A stretch of 32,613 nucleotides of DNA from a virus (taxonomy: Duplodnaviria; Caudoviricetes). Positions within the stretch are counted from its first letter, which is position 1. Each line of letters starts with the position of its first letter. Made by a program: the position numbers and the translations under genes. The notes beneath the pieces were generated by a model, which worked only from the letters and a program-made list of their open reading frames with translations, searched no databases and was not told the DNA's origin. Below, in pieces: positions 7,160 through 16,230 of this stretch. The stretch is taken from the IMG/VR virus record IMGVR_UViG_3300020043_004230, positions 1 through 32,613 of that record; one strand, given 5' to 3'.

Positions 7160-7380
7160 GCCTCGGCCTCCTCGTCGTGTTCTTCGCATGGAAAAACGAT
7201 CTCCTCGGCTCTCCGAGCGAGTGTTTCGCAGGCATAATGGTTGCCCAGGCTAAAGTGCATTTCGTAGGTCTGGCCTTCTTCTTCCCACGACATAACGCAT
7301 ATTCCGACATCGAAAAAATTGGCAAGCAACTCTCTCGCTTGCGCGATTGCTTGTTCGCGGTCTCTTGGAGGCTTTTTCAT
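7156..7380 (-). CDS. hypothetical acidic protein (74 aa)
   Basis: Start/stop overlaps on both sides. Confidence 0.65.
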   Translation of the reverse strand: MKKPPRDREQAIAQARELLANFFDVGICVMSWEEEGQTYEMHFSLGNHYACETLARRAEEIVFPCEEHDEEAEA

Positions 7381-7937
7381 TTTAGGATTTTTTCCATGAT
7401 GAGTTTCATGGCATTAAGTGCCTGCTGCGAGCAGTCATTTTTGCGGATCGGAGCAACATCCGCATGGCGAATGATGTTGCGAATTGGAATATCAAATTCC
7501 TCCATAATCGGAGCTAGATATTCAGCCATCGACATCAGTGCATCCTGACTCGGCGGCGTGGTGTAGGTATCCTTTTCAAATGCCACTCCGACACAAAAAT
7601 CATTGCAGTTTTTCCGCCCCTGCCACTCAGAGATCCCGGCATGCCACGTGCGCATGGTCGGCTCTGCGAGTGTTGTGCGCTTGCCGGTATTAGAGACGAT
7701 GCAATGATAGCTCACGCGGCTTTTAGGATCCATACACCACGCGACACTCCCATCATAATTTCCGCTTGTATGGTGCAGCAGGATATGCGTTGGCAGGATC
7801 TTTTTGCGCGGCGTTACGTTTACCGTCTGCTTTTTTGTCTCCCTGTAAAGCCGCTTCACTAGCTCAATCTCGACCTGCGGGACGATTGATGGGGTATTAC
7901 TCACACCAAAAATCTTCCGCAATAAGGCGAGAATCAT
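7377..7937 (-). CDS. endolysin, N-acetylmuramoyl-L-alanine amidase (Amidase_2)
   Basis: ILLHHT, VSYHCIV, TWHAG, N-x-x-x-VGVAFE, IIRHADVAP-x-RK-x-D Zn-amidase motifs. Confidence 0.9.
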   Translation of the reverse strand: MILALLRKIFGVSNTPSIVPQVEIELVKRLYRETKKQTVNVTPRKKILPTHILLHHTSGNYDGSVAWCMDPKSRVSYHCIVSNTGKRTTLAEPTMRTWHAGISEWQGRKNCNDFCVGVAFEKDTYTTPPSQDALMSMAEYLAPIMEEFDIPIRNIIRHADVAPIRKNDCSQQALNAMKLIMEKILK

Positions 7938-8098
7938 TTTGTCGATGTTGGCTTCGGCAGCTCATAGCTGAACGTGCCGTAATCCGTTTCGAGGCCGAAT
8001 CGCACGGTCTCGCAGCCCGTGATGAAAAGCATGACGAGCGAGAAAATCATCGCCGCAAAAATTGCCGCAATAATCGTTCTGTAATCGTCGTTGATCAC
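7934..8098 (-). CDS. small lipoprotein, spanin candidate (54 aa)
   Basis: GTG start coupled to the holin stop; hydrophobic signal IIAAIFAAMIFSLVMLF followed by lipobox-like ITGC. Confidence 0.6.
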   Translation of the reverse strand: MINDDYRTIIAAIFAAMIFSLVMLFITGCETVRFGLETDYGTFSYELPKPTSTK

Positions 8099-8268
8099 TT
8101 TCCTTTGCGGATTACGTTGATTAGTCCGACAAGTCCGAGACCCGCGGCAAGTATTTGGTTCTGGATCTCTGGATCGAGCTTTAGACCGAGCGCCGTGCCG
8201 AGCAAAATCAGCCCACGCCAAGTTGAGTTCTGGCCGAGTTGACCAAGTATTGCATCAATGATTTTCAT
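8095..8268 (-). CDS. holin candidate (57 aa, 2 TM)
   Basis: Not in the ORF track. MKIIDAILGQLGQNSTWRGLILLGTALGLKLDPEIQNQILAAGLGLVGLINVIRKGK; STW-x-G motif, two hydrophobic segments, basic tail. Confidence 0.75.
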   Translation of the reverse strand: MKIIDAILGQLGQNSTWRGLILLGTALGLKLDPEIQNQILAAGLGLVGLINVIRKGK

Positions 8269-8446
8269 GTGTTTGTGCCTTTAGTTTTCGCGACATATAT
8301 ATCGCCGTAAGAATGGCGACAGCTAGGCCGACAAGTGCAGTCGCGAATTGCACGGTGGCTGTGATATGCGGGAGGAAAGAAATGAAGAGCGAGATGGCAC
8401 TTGTGGCCGTCCCTAAAAATCCTACGGTGGCGGGAGATTCACTCAT
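8255..8446 (-). CDS. small 2-TM membrane protein (holin or antiholin candidate)
   Basis: MSESPATVGFLGTATSAISLFISFLP...FATALVGLAVAILTAIYM; ATG coupled to the upstream stop; first gene of the lysis cassette. Confidence 0.65.
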   Translation of the reverse strand: MSESPATVGFLGTATSAISLFISFLPHITATVQFATALVGLAVAILTAIYMSRKLKAQTHENH

Positions 8447-10203
8447 GAGATTTTTTCTACGCGAACCCAAGAGCCAGTCTGAATGTCGATCGTGCTGGCA
8501 GTAACCCCCGTTGCATTTTTTGCAAACTGGAACGTCACGTCACCAGCGGTTAGCCCAGTTTTGATATAGGCTTTCTGCGTGCTCATGAAACTATTACCGG
8601 GCGACATCGTGCCGAATAAAGTAGCCGTTGTTAGGCTTGCGCCATCTGGCTCATATCGAGAGCTGGTGCGGTTTGCATGTATCCATTTGCCATAGAGCGA
8701 TGCTCCGGTTGGGACTGAAACTTGGCCTTTGAGATTTCCGTTGGCATTGTCGAAAGCCAACAAGTTCCATTCGGCGACATACTCGGAATTCGCCTGCGCA
8801 GTCCAATTGAGCGCAGTAATGGCAACTAGCGAAGTCGTAGCATTTGTTGCCGAGGCTGTGAGCGCTTGGAAAATAAACGAAGGATATCCAACCGTTGGCG
8901 AGAATGAGTCGGAATCTATCAGCTCTTCAGAGACCGTGCAACCGCCGAGGACTACGGTTGAGCGAGCACCTGATTCGGTGAGTTCGATTTCAAGATCGAG
9001 ATCTACCGACGTGTCATTGCCGACCAAGTCGCGCAAAGCAAATGTCGCAAAATCAACATCAGCGGTCTTTCCGGGCTTTGCTAGTGTGGCATTTTGAATG
9101 GTTAGCAATGGTTGATCCGCATAGCCTTTATTACCCGAAAAGGTTATATCATAATATTGACCAGCGACACCCGTGACAATAACGCCATTTGTGCCGATTG
9201 AATCAAGTGCCTGCAAGGCTGCCTGCACATCGGCAGCACTGGCAGTTGCTGAAATTGGAGCTGTCTGACGAGCAATTGTATTTATCGTGCCAGCGGTTGT
9301 AGCAGCAGTTGCCGAGCCAGTAATGAGTGTCCCGCCAGCAGTTGCAGCAACCGTAAATTGGGTAACCTCTGGCAGGGACTTTACATAGTAAGTCGTGCCA
9401 CGAGTATAGCCAGTAATCGTCGTATCAAATCCGGTGATGGTCACCGGTTGATTAAGAGCAAGGCCATGTGTAACCGATGTAATGAATACGCCACTAGTGA
9501 CCGTGCTGCTAACGGTGAATGCAGTAGCCGGAAACGTCAGGTCATACGTGCCATTGAACGGTTGTTGGCTAAACGAAAGGCGCTGCACTTCATTGACCAA
9601 TCCAGTCCCGGTAACCGTTGTTGCAATCGTTGCCGTAACCGTTGTTCCGAGATCCGTCCAAGTCGGCTGGTAGACTGCCGGGGTCAAGCGAAGCTGGATC
9701 TCCTGCACCTCTTTGACGCTCGCAGTTCCCGTGATGCGCTCGTCTATGACTGCGACCGTATCGGGAATGAGTTGCGAGACGTCAGCGGTTATCGCTCCCT
9801 GCGTGCCAGCGCTGTTAAATCGCACGGTGAAATGCTCGGCGAGTTCGCCAGTGACCGTGACCCCGCCAGCACTCGAAATGGCAGTGAGCGAGTTAAGCGC
9901 GGCCTGGATTTCGCCTGCTGTTGCGGCAGCGGAAAGGCCGCTTGTTGTATTGCCGCCAAATGTGAGAGTGTATGTGCCAGTCTCAGGAGTCGCAGTGCGC
10001 GAACCGATACCAAATTTGACGCTCGCGGCACTCTTATCAACCACCTCAAATGGACGGTTAATGACGTTTGTTGCCTCTAAAAAGTAGAGTCTAAATTCAC
10101 CATTGTCGCCCTTGGTAAAAGCAATTTGCCCGGCTGGGGCTGAGTTTGTTTCCGAGACCGCAAGGCGCCGGTTGGTCAGGTCAATAAAAAGATCGCGTGC
10201 CAT
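8443..10203 (-). CDS. tail fibre / receptor-binding-like virion protein (586 aa)
   Basis: Thr/Ala/Gly-rich beta-type composition; last gene of the tail region; two copies of a TY-x-LTF...A-x-A-x-x-[IV]QAAL-x-x-L-x-x-I...V-x-VTG domain. Confidence 0.65.
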   Translation of the reverse strand: MARDLFIDLTNRRLAVSETNSAPAGQIAFTKGDNGEFRLYFLEATNVINRPFEVVDKSAASVKFGIGSRTATPETGTYTLTFGGNTTSGLSAAATAGEIQAALNSLTAISSAGGVTVTGELAEHFTVRFNSAGTQGAITADVSQLIPDTVAVIDERITGTASVKEVQEIQLRLTPAVYQPTWTDLGTTVTATIATTVTGTGLVNEVQRLSFSQQPFNGTYDLTFPATAFTVSSTVTSGVFITSVTHGLALNQPVTITGFDTTITGYTRGTTYYVKSLPEVTQFTVAATAGGTLITGSATAATTAGTINTIARQTAPISATASAADVQAALQALDSIGTNGVIVTGVAGQYYDITFSGNKGYADQPLLTIQNATLAKPGKTADVDFATFALRDLVGNDTSVDLDLEIELTESGARSTVVLGGCTVSEELIDSDSFSPTVGYPSFIFQALTASATNATTSLVAITALNWTAQANSEYVAEWNLLAFDNANGNLKGQVSVPTGASLYGKWIHANRTSSRYEPDGASLTTATLFGTMSPGNSFMSTQKAYIKTGLTAGDVTFQFAKNATGVTASTIDIQTGSWVRVEKIS

Positions 10204-10503
10204 TTATTTGTTGGTTGTGTCAATTGCTTCCCACTTTCCTAGAGGGCAACGCTCGGTTGCCATGCGGAGCTTTGCCCAAGTCGAGCAGCCACATTTGCGG
10301 CAGCGGCCGGTGTTGTTGAGAGCGGCGGCGTCCCATTCAGGGCAAGCTCGGCATATGGATTCGCGGGTGACGAGGGCTTCGGGTGGGGTGGGGGTGAATC
10401 CGTTTCTTGCAAAACGATAAGTTGATTCTTGAAATTGTAAAAATTTATTTAAACCAATAACTTCGCCAAAATGATCTATAAATTTTTGCTTTAAAGCATT
10501 CAT
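10204..10503 (-). CDS. Cys-rich protein (DUF6171-like C-terminus)
   Basis: R-x-x-ICRACP...CRKCGC...AK...CPLGKW; start reassigned to 10503 by ATGA coupling. Confidence 0.65.
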   Translation of the reverse strand: MNALKQKFIDHFGEVIGLNKFLQFQESTYRFARNGFTPTPPEALVTRESICRACPEWDAAALNNTGRCRKCGCSTWAKLRMATERCPLGKWEAIDTTNK

Positions 10504-10925
10504 GCAATTTGCGTAATTGTCACGGTATACCCTTCGCATGATGGTTCAGGTGGCATACAGTTGGAAAAAAGTGTAAATGTTCCAACTGGAGACGATGCAA
10601 ATATTACACCCAACAAATCTTGGCAACAGAGAGGCGAAATACTTGTATTTAATGCGCGGATATACCAGCCCCCAAAACATTGCCAAGTTACAGAGAGATC
10701 AGTTCCGTCTGCTAATACAGATTGAGCAGTCCCGCATTCATTATATGGAAAACGAAATGTTGTTGCACTCCAACTTCCATCTATTTCAAATTCTCCTGCA
10801 ATAGGTGGCACAAATGGAGACCCTGGACTATCTGGACACTCGCAACAGCATGCACAATTCACAGCGCGAAGACCACCGTCGGTTTTGATCTTTATTGCCC
10901 CATTAGGCGTCCGACCTAAAATCAT
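10500..10925 (-). CDS. Cys-rich hypothetical protein (141 aa, 11 Cys)
   Basis: Contains VNCACCCECP; packed tightly between its neighbours. Confidence 0.65.
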   Translation of the reverse strand: MILGRTPNGAIKIKTDGGLRAVNCACCCECPDSPGSPFVPPIAGEFEIDGSWSATTFRFPYNECGTAQSVLADGTDLSVTWQCFGGWYIRALNTSISPLCCQDLLGVIFASSPVGTFTLFSNCMPPEPSCEGYTVTITQIA

Positions 10926-10926
10926 C

Positions 10927-11202
10927 CTAGCACTCCTCCGTAGCGATCCATTTGATCAATCCGTCTACAACACCGAGGACGTGAGTTCCAGAGTCTGGCG
11001 GGCTTGGGATCTTTAGCCTACGCTGGCGGTGGCCTTGTAGGCCGGAAGTCTCTTCATATAACCCTTCTGCAATATCAAGGGTGGCAAATACAAAGTCTTT
11101 CATCAGGTCGGTAGCCTTGATGGCATAAGGGTAGTCTTTACTCGTTGTGCCTGTTGCGCCTTGGGCGATAGCTTGGAAATCAACTGGAGGATTCGACGGC
11201 AT
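10927..11202 (-). CDS. hypothetical tail-region protein (91 aa)
   Basis: Position and packing in the tail operon. Confidence 0.6.
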   Translation of the reverse strand: MPSNPPVDFQAIAQGATGTTSKDYPYAIKATDLMKDFVFATLDIAEGLYEETSGLQGHRQRRLKIPSPPDSGTHVLGVVDGLIKWIATEEC

Positions 11203-11218
11203 TGTTTCTTATTTAGTG

Positions 11219-11920
11219 CTACTGCTTTGTGTATATCTCAAATTTTCTTGCATATGCTTTCCATGTTACATTGTATTCAGTGAACTGACCAAAATTAGTC
11301 GATGTATACGAATCAAGTGTTACAGAAACAAATGTTCTTTTCTCAAGCGCATACATATCTCCGTCTAACTCAAGAGCATCTTGCTGATAGAAATAATTGT
11401 TAACAAGTTCTTGTCCAGTTCCGGCATCAATTACTAATGGCTTTTCAACATTTGGTCGAGTTGTTAATGGATTAAATTTTTGGCTTGATGGGAAAACCCC
11501 AAAACGAGTGTAAATCTCATTAATAGATGGTATATAAAATGTTGATTTTATTATTTTATTTGTATCTTTGTCATATTCGTCGTATTCATAAAGATATTCT
11601 CCTTTTGCAGTTGAGTTAATTGATTTAGACTCTGAAAAGCTGCTTGTGTTTCCATAGGCACTTACTCGAAATTCGACAAATCCATCATCGCGCACAATCT
11701 CTTGAGGTTCTGGAAAGATAAAAATTCCATCAATTGCAGGAGAGCCATCATCGGGAAGCGGCATTGGGCTATTTATTTTTAATTTTCTGCGAAATTTTTC
11801 TACATTAGATTTTATGCAAACAAACGATCTCTCAACGCGAACTAGACCGCTAGGGTATGTCTGCACTACGCGATTTGGCAGCGCTATAAGATCATCTTTG
11901 CCGTTATATTGGTAAGCCAT
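11219..11920 (-). CDS. putative distal tail / minor tail protein (233 aa)
   Basis: Immediately downstream of the tape measure gene; function inferred from synteny only. Confidence 0.55.
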   Translation of the reverse strand: MAYQYNGKDDLIALPNRVVQTYPSGLVRVERSFVCIKSNVEKFRRKLKINSPMPLPDDGSPAIDGIFIFPEPQEIVRDDGFVEFRVSAYGNTSSFSESKSINSTAKGEYLYEYDEYDKDTNKIIKSTFYIPSINEIYTRFGVFPSSQKFNPLTTRPNVEKPLVIDAGTGQELVNNYFYQQDALELDGDMYALEKRTFVSVTLDSYTSTNFGQFTEYNVTWKAYARKFEIYTKQ

Positions 11921-11923
11921 AAA

Positions 11924-14467
11924 TTAGTATGCTAATGCCTGCAATGGCAGGCGGTCGCGGATTGCCGTAATTAATTCAGTCCATCCGTTCAGAATTTGCG
12001 TAACGCTAGAAACGTCTGCCGTGGCATCGCCACCATTGCCTCCAGCGCCCCCAATTCCCCCTGCGCCACCTTCGCCTCCGGCGCCACCTTCGCCTCCCGT
12101 AAATGAGTTTTTGATCTCGGCCTGCATGCCAGCGATAGCATTACTTACTTGCACCTGATCGACCTCAACATCTGCCGGGATTGTGATTTTTTCACCCAAT
12201 TTGTCATCGGTCTCTTCTTTTAATTTTCCGATCGCTTGCTTTGACCCAGCCTCATCAATTGGATTGATTCCGATTAACTCCGCTTTTTGCTTTTCAATAT
12301 AATTCATGATCTCTTGAAGCTGACCACTGCCAGTAGTCGCAATCGAATCGATCTTGAGCCTTTTGATTATGTCGGGATACGAAAGGTTTTTTAGGTCGAC
12401 GCCAATATAATTGCCAAATGCTTCGATCTCTTTCCGTGCTTCTTTGGTGCGCTCTTTTAGGCTCTTTACTGGCTCAGTCGGATCGACTCCATTGATATAA
12501 TCAAGCCATGTGGCAAATGATTTCGCGGCATTTGCTGCTTCCGCTGTTTCGGCTTTTGCACTTGTGATCGATGTCTTATCAACATGCACGCCAGCCGCAG
12601 CGTTTTTGGCGTTGACAAAATTAGTTGCCAACTTGCCAGCCTCCTCTTCGCTCACGCCAAGGTTTTTCACATATTCCTTCGTCAGCTTGGCGATTTCTTC
12701 CTTTGCTTTTTTCGTCTCAAGTTCCTTCTCTAGCGACTTTGCCAGCTCAGTATTCCCGGCAGAAATGGCTTCGTTGATTTGAGTCTCCAACGCAATTAGC
12801 TCGACCTTGTCGGCCTTGGCTTGAGCGTCCGCGGCGGCTTGCTGGTCTTTGAGTGCTTGCCTAGCCGCAAGTTCTGCTTCGGTTTGCGCCGATTGATTAG
12901 CCCTCTCGGCTGTAGTAATTTTGACCTGCTCTGCGATTTGCGCTTCTACGGCTGCAACGGCTTGTTGTTGCTCCGTCATATTAGCAAAGAGTGGCGGGAT
13001 TTTGTCGTAATTTTCTTCAAATGATTTTGGAAGCGCGGCGCCAGCAGATTCTAACTGAGTTTTTAAACTTCCAACATCATGATACATCGCCCCCCAGAGC
13101 ATTGCAGATTCTTCTTTGGTAGTAGCTGCGAAGTCCTGCATGCTTTGTTTAAGCGATCCAAATATTGCATTATCAGGTAATGCGGATGCAAATGACTCGG
13201 CAATGGCCGATGCTGCCTTCATTCCAAGAAGATTGAAGGCACCTTCAATATATGTCATTGTTGCTCCTCCTGGAGCAAAAATTGTTTGGATAAAATCTCC
13301 CGCTGTTTGAAACCCGGCAACCAGATGCTTGTAAATACTCTCAGCTGTCTGCATCGCCTGCAATTTTAGCGATTCGTAAAATGCTTTGAACGCAAGATCA
13401 ATCTTGCCGATCGAAATAGCGTCCGCTGCGGCTTGAAAGCCCTTCATCGCACTCTCTCCTCCAATGAATGCATCGGCTAGCTTTTGACCGATTGCCGCAG
13501 CATCAATACGTGAGAGCGCGCTGGTAATGGCGTCGATAGCAGGGAGTGCTCGATCCAAAATTCCGGCAGCAAAATCGCGCACCTTTTGGGAAATGATAAC
13601 AAAGCGGTCACTGACTGCATCGAATACATTGGCTCGACGATCCATGATTTCGGCCAGACTACCAACTGTGGCGCGGGCATCATTCATTTCGCTGCTGAAA
13701 TTCGTGAGGAGTGGCAGGAGTTGCGCCCCAGATTTGCCGAATATGTCGATAGCCGTGGCTGCGCGGGCGGCAGGATCTTCAATGCCAGAGATGCCAGAGG
13801 CAACGAGTGCGAGTTGCTCGGTCGGTGTCTTCCCAGCCATTTCCTCCATCGAGATACCCATACGGCCAAATGCCGATGCGGCGGCTTTGCTATCTTCGCC
13901 AGCGCCAAAGATGCTGTTTTGAAGCTTTGCCAGTGCAGGGCCGACAGCATCTGCACCAGCGCCGGTATTATCGAAGGCGCGTTGCAATAAAAGCAGATTG
14001 CCAGCAGTTTCGCCAGTCGATGCAGAGAGATCGGAAAGCGTACCACCAAGATTTAATGCGTCTCTAAAGCCATCGATTGTCCCTTTGACCGCAGAAAATG
14101 CAGCATCCAACGCAGCGGTAAATGCCTGTGCGGCGAGTTGACCAACACCAACCGCAGAGGCCAGTTTGCCAAATCCTATTCCCGCCTGGTCACCCATTTT
14201 GTCAGTCTTGTCACCTGTAGATTTGATGCTATTACCAAGCGAATCAACCTTTGGCGAAGATTCGGCCGACTGATCTCCCATCGCCTTGAGCTTTTTTTCA
14301 AGCCCTTCAACCTGACCGATGCGCTTCATGGTGCTCTCAAGCTCGGTCATTGAGAGTTCGCCAGTTTTTACCTTGTCGCCGAGACGAGTCAATTCCTCCT
14401 GCACGGTCTTGAGCGTCTGCTCAAGTCCAGTGTCTTTCGCTCCAAACTCTACACTTACATCGGCCAT
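11924..14467 (-). CDS. tail tape measure protein (847 aa)
   Basis: Longest tail gene, Ala-rich and helical; N-terminal V-x-V-x-FGAKD; AIDIFGKSGAQLLPLL motif common in tape measure proteins. Confidence 0.9.
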   Translation of the reverse strand: MADVSVEFGAKDTGLEQTLKTVQEELTRLGDKVKTGELSMTELESTMKRIGQVEGLEKKLKAMGDQSAESSPKVDSLGNSIKSTGDKTDKMGDQAGIGFGKLASAVGVGQLAAQAFTAALDAAFSAVKGTIDGFRDALNLGGTLSDLSASTGETAGNLLLLQRAFDNTGAGADAVGPALAKLQNSIFGAGEDSKAAASAFGRMGISMEEMAGKTPTEQLALVASGISGIEDPAARAATAIDIFGKSGAQLLPLLTNFSSEMNDARATVGSLAEIMDRRANVFDAVSDRFVIISQKVRDFAAGILDRALPAIDAITSALSRIDAAAIGQKLADAFIGGESAMKGFQAAADAISIGKIDLAFKAFYESLKLQAMQTAESIYKHLVAGFQTAGDFIQTIFAPGGATMTYIEGAFNLLGMKAASAIAESFASALPDNAIFGSLKQSMQDFAATTKEESAMLWGAMYHDVGSLKTQLESAGAALPKSFEENYDKIPPLFANMTEQQQAVAAVEAQIAEQVKITTAERANQSAQTEAELAARQALKDQQAAADAQAKADKVELIALETQINEAISAGNTELAKSLEKELETKKAKEEIAKLTKEYVKNLGVSEEEAGKLATNFVNAKNAAAGVHVDKTSITSAKAETAEAANAAKSFATWLDYINGVDPTEPVKSLKERTKEARKEIEAFGNYIGVDLKNLSYPDIIKRLKIDSIATTGSGQLQEIMNYIEKQKAELIGINPIDEAGSKQAIGKLKEETDDKLGEKITIPADVEVDQVQVSNAIAGMQAEIKNSFTGGEGGAGGEGGAGGIGGAGGNGGDATADVSSVTQILNGWTELITAIRDRLPLQALAY

Positions 14468-14470
14468 ATT

Positions 14471-15307
14471 TTAGCTCTCTAATTCTGAAATTGATTTATT
14501 GCGCTTCTTCAAAATGCTCTTCATTTGCGAGATCATTTTTCCAACAACTATCGCCTTCGCATTATTGACCTCACTTGATGGGAGGACTTGGCTGATATAT
14601 TTTGTCGTATTAATCAATGTGACTCGCGGGTTTGATAAATCGCGGGAATTGTCAATAACATCTGAATGCGGCGAGTCGTGCCGCGTGACCCATGATGGCA
14701 TCCCTCTAGTTGCGCTTCCACTTGTTACTTTGCGCAGTTCTCTTGCGCATGCCGCCCATGCAGACTTTGCCCAGCCTACTTTCAATATTTGCGAATCGAT
14801 GTAGCTGTTTATTGCTGCCTGCGGAACAAACCATTTATCTAAAAATTTCCATCGACCGATTGACTTGTCACGCGCACCGGCAGATGACATCTTGCCATTC
14901 TGAAATCGGCTTTTGTGATATCCGCGCATCTCTTGCTGCGAGACATTTTCTTTGAACAGGCTCTTCTCTGTTCCATAAGCATAGCCATCTTTTGAGATAA
15001 ATAAACGAACATGCGGGCCTTCGGCATACCAACGATATCCCATGCCATCGGAGAAGTCTCCCGATGCAAAAAGCCCTGCGCGAACCGTTCCCCCTCCTCC
15101 TCGGCCTACAAGATCGCGAATGATCGCTTTTTCGCCTGTTTTCTGAACGCTAGCGGAATCCCCGAACGGCTGAGTTCGTCGCGCTAATTCAACGCATAGC
15201 AATCGAGCGGATGCAACCACAGCGTCAGGGATCGTCTGCTCACGCAGTGCCGCATACTCATCAAGGATGTTTTGCAATCCTTTTGACTCAAATTTGAATT
15301 TGGGCAT
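14471..15307 (-). CDS. putative tail completion / neck protein (HK97 gp10- or lambda gpZ-like)
   Basis: Basic protein (A-x-x-L-x-x-ELARRT-x-P; VGWAKSAW; N-x-x-x-YI). Start reassigned to MPKFKF at 15307. Confidence 0.5.
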   Translation of the reverse strand: MPKFKFESKGLQNILDEYAALREQTIPDAVVASARLLCVELARRTQPFGDSASVQKTGEKAIIRDLVGRGGGGTVRAGLFASGDFSDGMGYRWYAEGPHVRLFISKDGYAYGTEKSLFKENVSQQEMRGYHKSRFQNGKMSSAGARDKSIGRWKFLDKWFVPQAAINSYIDSQILKVGWAKSAWAACARELRKVTSGSATRGMPSWVTRHDSPHSDVIDNSRDLSNPRVTLINTTKYISQVLPSSEVNNAKAIVVGKMISQMKSILKKRNKSISELES

Positions 15308-15922
15308 TTTGCATGGCTTCCTCAATAGCGGTAAGAGCGTCAATATTCATGGCTCTCTTATTCCGCGTCCAAGACCTGCGCCGCCCATTGGACGAATCAT
15401 TTGCATGGATGATCTGTAGACCCGCCGAGAATGGCAGTTCTTCCATTATCTCTCGGAAGCCCCAGCCGGTGATTTTGACGATGCGATAAACATAGCCAGC
15501 CAGCCAACCGGGGCCGTCTAGTTTCCCAATGACGATTCCTTCGCTCCGATAATTTCACTAGCCGAACTCATGTAGCGCGAAAATGCCTCACCCATTGCCT
15601 TTGAAAGATCGGCAGCTTGCAGGTGATGTGCGAGATTGCGCTCAATCCAAATGTCAACAGCCTCCATAAAGGCCGACTTGTCGTTGACGACATGACGGAT
15701 CGCCGAGAATGGCGCAGAATGCAAATATGCAAAAGCGGCAGACTTCCAAATTGTGTCTTTTGTGTCGCTGAAAATCTCGTTGCGCTGCATCCAGGAGACC
15801 GAGAGTGCTGTAATGGGGCGAAGCTCTATTCCGTCAAGAATTTTTGTTGGCCCGTCACACATCGCCTCTTCGCGTAGGATTTCGTCGTCTTTGATTAATT
15901 CGATATTTTTATTTTTTTTCAT
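15288..15922 (-). CDS. tail assembly chaperone long form (gpGT-like) made by -1 frameshift
   Basis: G GGA AAC slippery heptamer directly before the TAG; the -1 frame stays open (KLDGPGWLAGYVYRIVKITGWGFREIMEELPF...) to TGA at 15288. Confidence 0.8.
15518..15922 (-). CDS. tail assembly chaperone short form (gpG-like)
   Basis: 134 aa, lies between tail tube and tape measure genes, ends at the slippery site. Confidence 0.8.
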   Translation of the reverse strand: MKKNKNIELIKDDEILREEAMCDGPTKILDGIELRPITALSVSWMQRNEIFSDTKDTIWKSAAFAYLHSAPFSAIRHVVNDKSAFMEAVDIWIERNLAHHLQAADLSKAMGEAFSRYMSSASEIIGAKESSLGN

Positions 15923-15925
15923 AAA

Positions 15926-16225
15926 TCATCTACATTTTGTTGGGTCTGGCCTAAGTCCATCTGGCCCTGATTTCCCCTCTCGACCTGTTTTCCCTGTAGC
16001 ACCTCGCAATTTTGTTCGCTGATTTTCCGCTTGCTGCCTTGCGGCACTTTTTTGATCTCTAATTTTTTGTAATGCATCACAAGCTCTCCTAATTTGATCT
16101 AATACTGGATTTAGTAGCTCGTTAAGGCGCTCCTGCGCGCATGCATTTGGAGGATATGTTTCACGCAACTTTGCTTCCTTTTCTTGCAGGCTCTTAATTC
16201 CATTTATCAAGAGTTGCTCAGTCAT
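15926..16225 (-). CDS. hypothetical coiled-coil protein with a short G-x-x tail (99 aa)
   Basis: AT-richer ORF that fills the gap; contains GATGKTGREGKSGPDG. Confidence 0.6.
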   Translation of the reverse strand: MTEQLLINGIKSLQEKEAKLRETYPPNACAQERLNELLNPVLDQIRRACDALQKIRDQKSAARQQAENQRTKLRGATGKTGREGKSGPDGLRPDPTKCR

Positions 16226-16230
16226 TTAAA

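Noticed and set aside
10204-10925. Diversity-generating retroelement target
   Set aside because: No reverse transcriptase and no template/variable repeat pair seen in the window.
14650-15657. Other minus-strand TTGACA copies (14650, 15652; also 29721)
   Set aside because: No ATG 13-14 nt downstream; treated as background.
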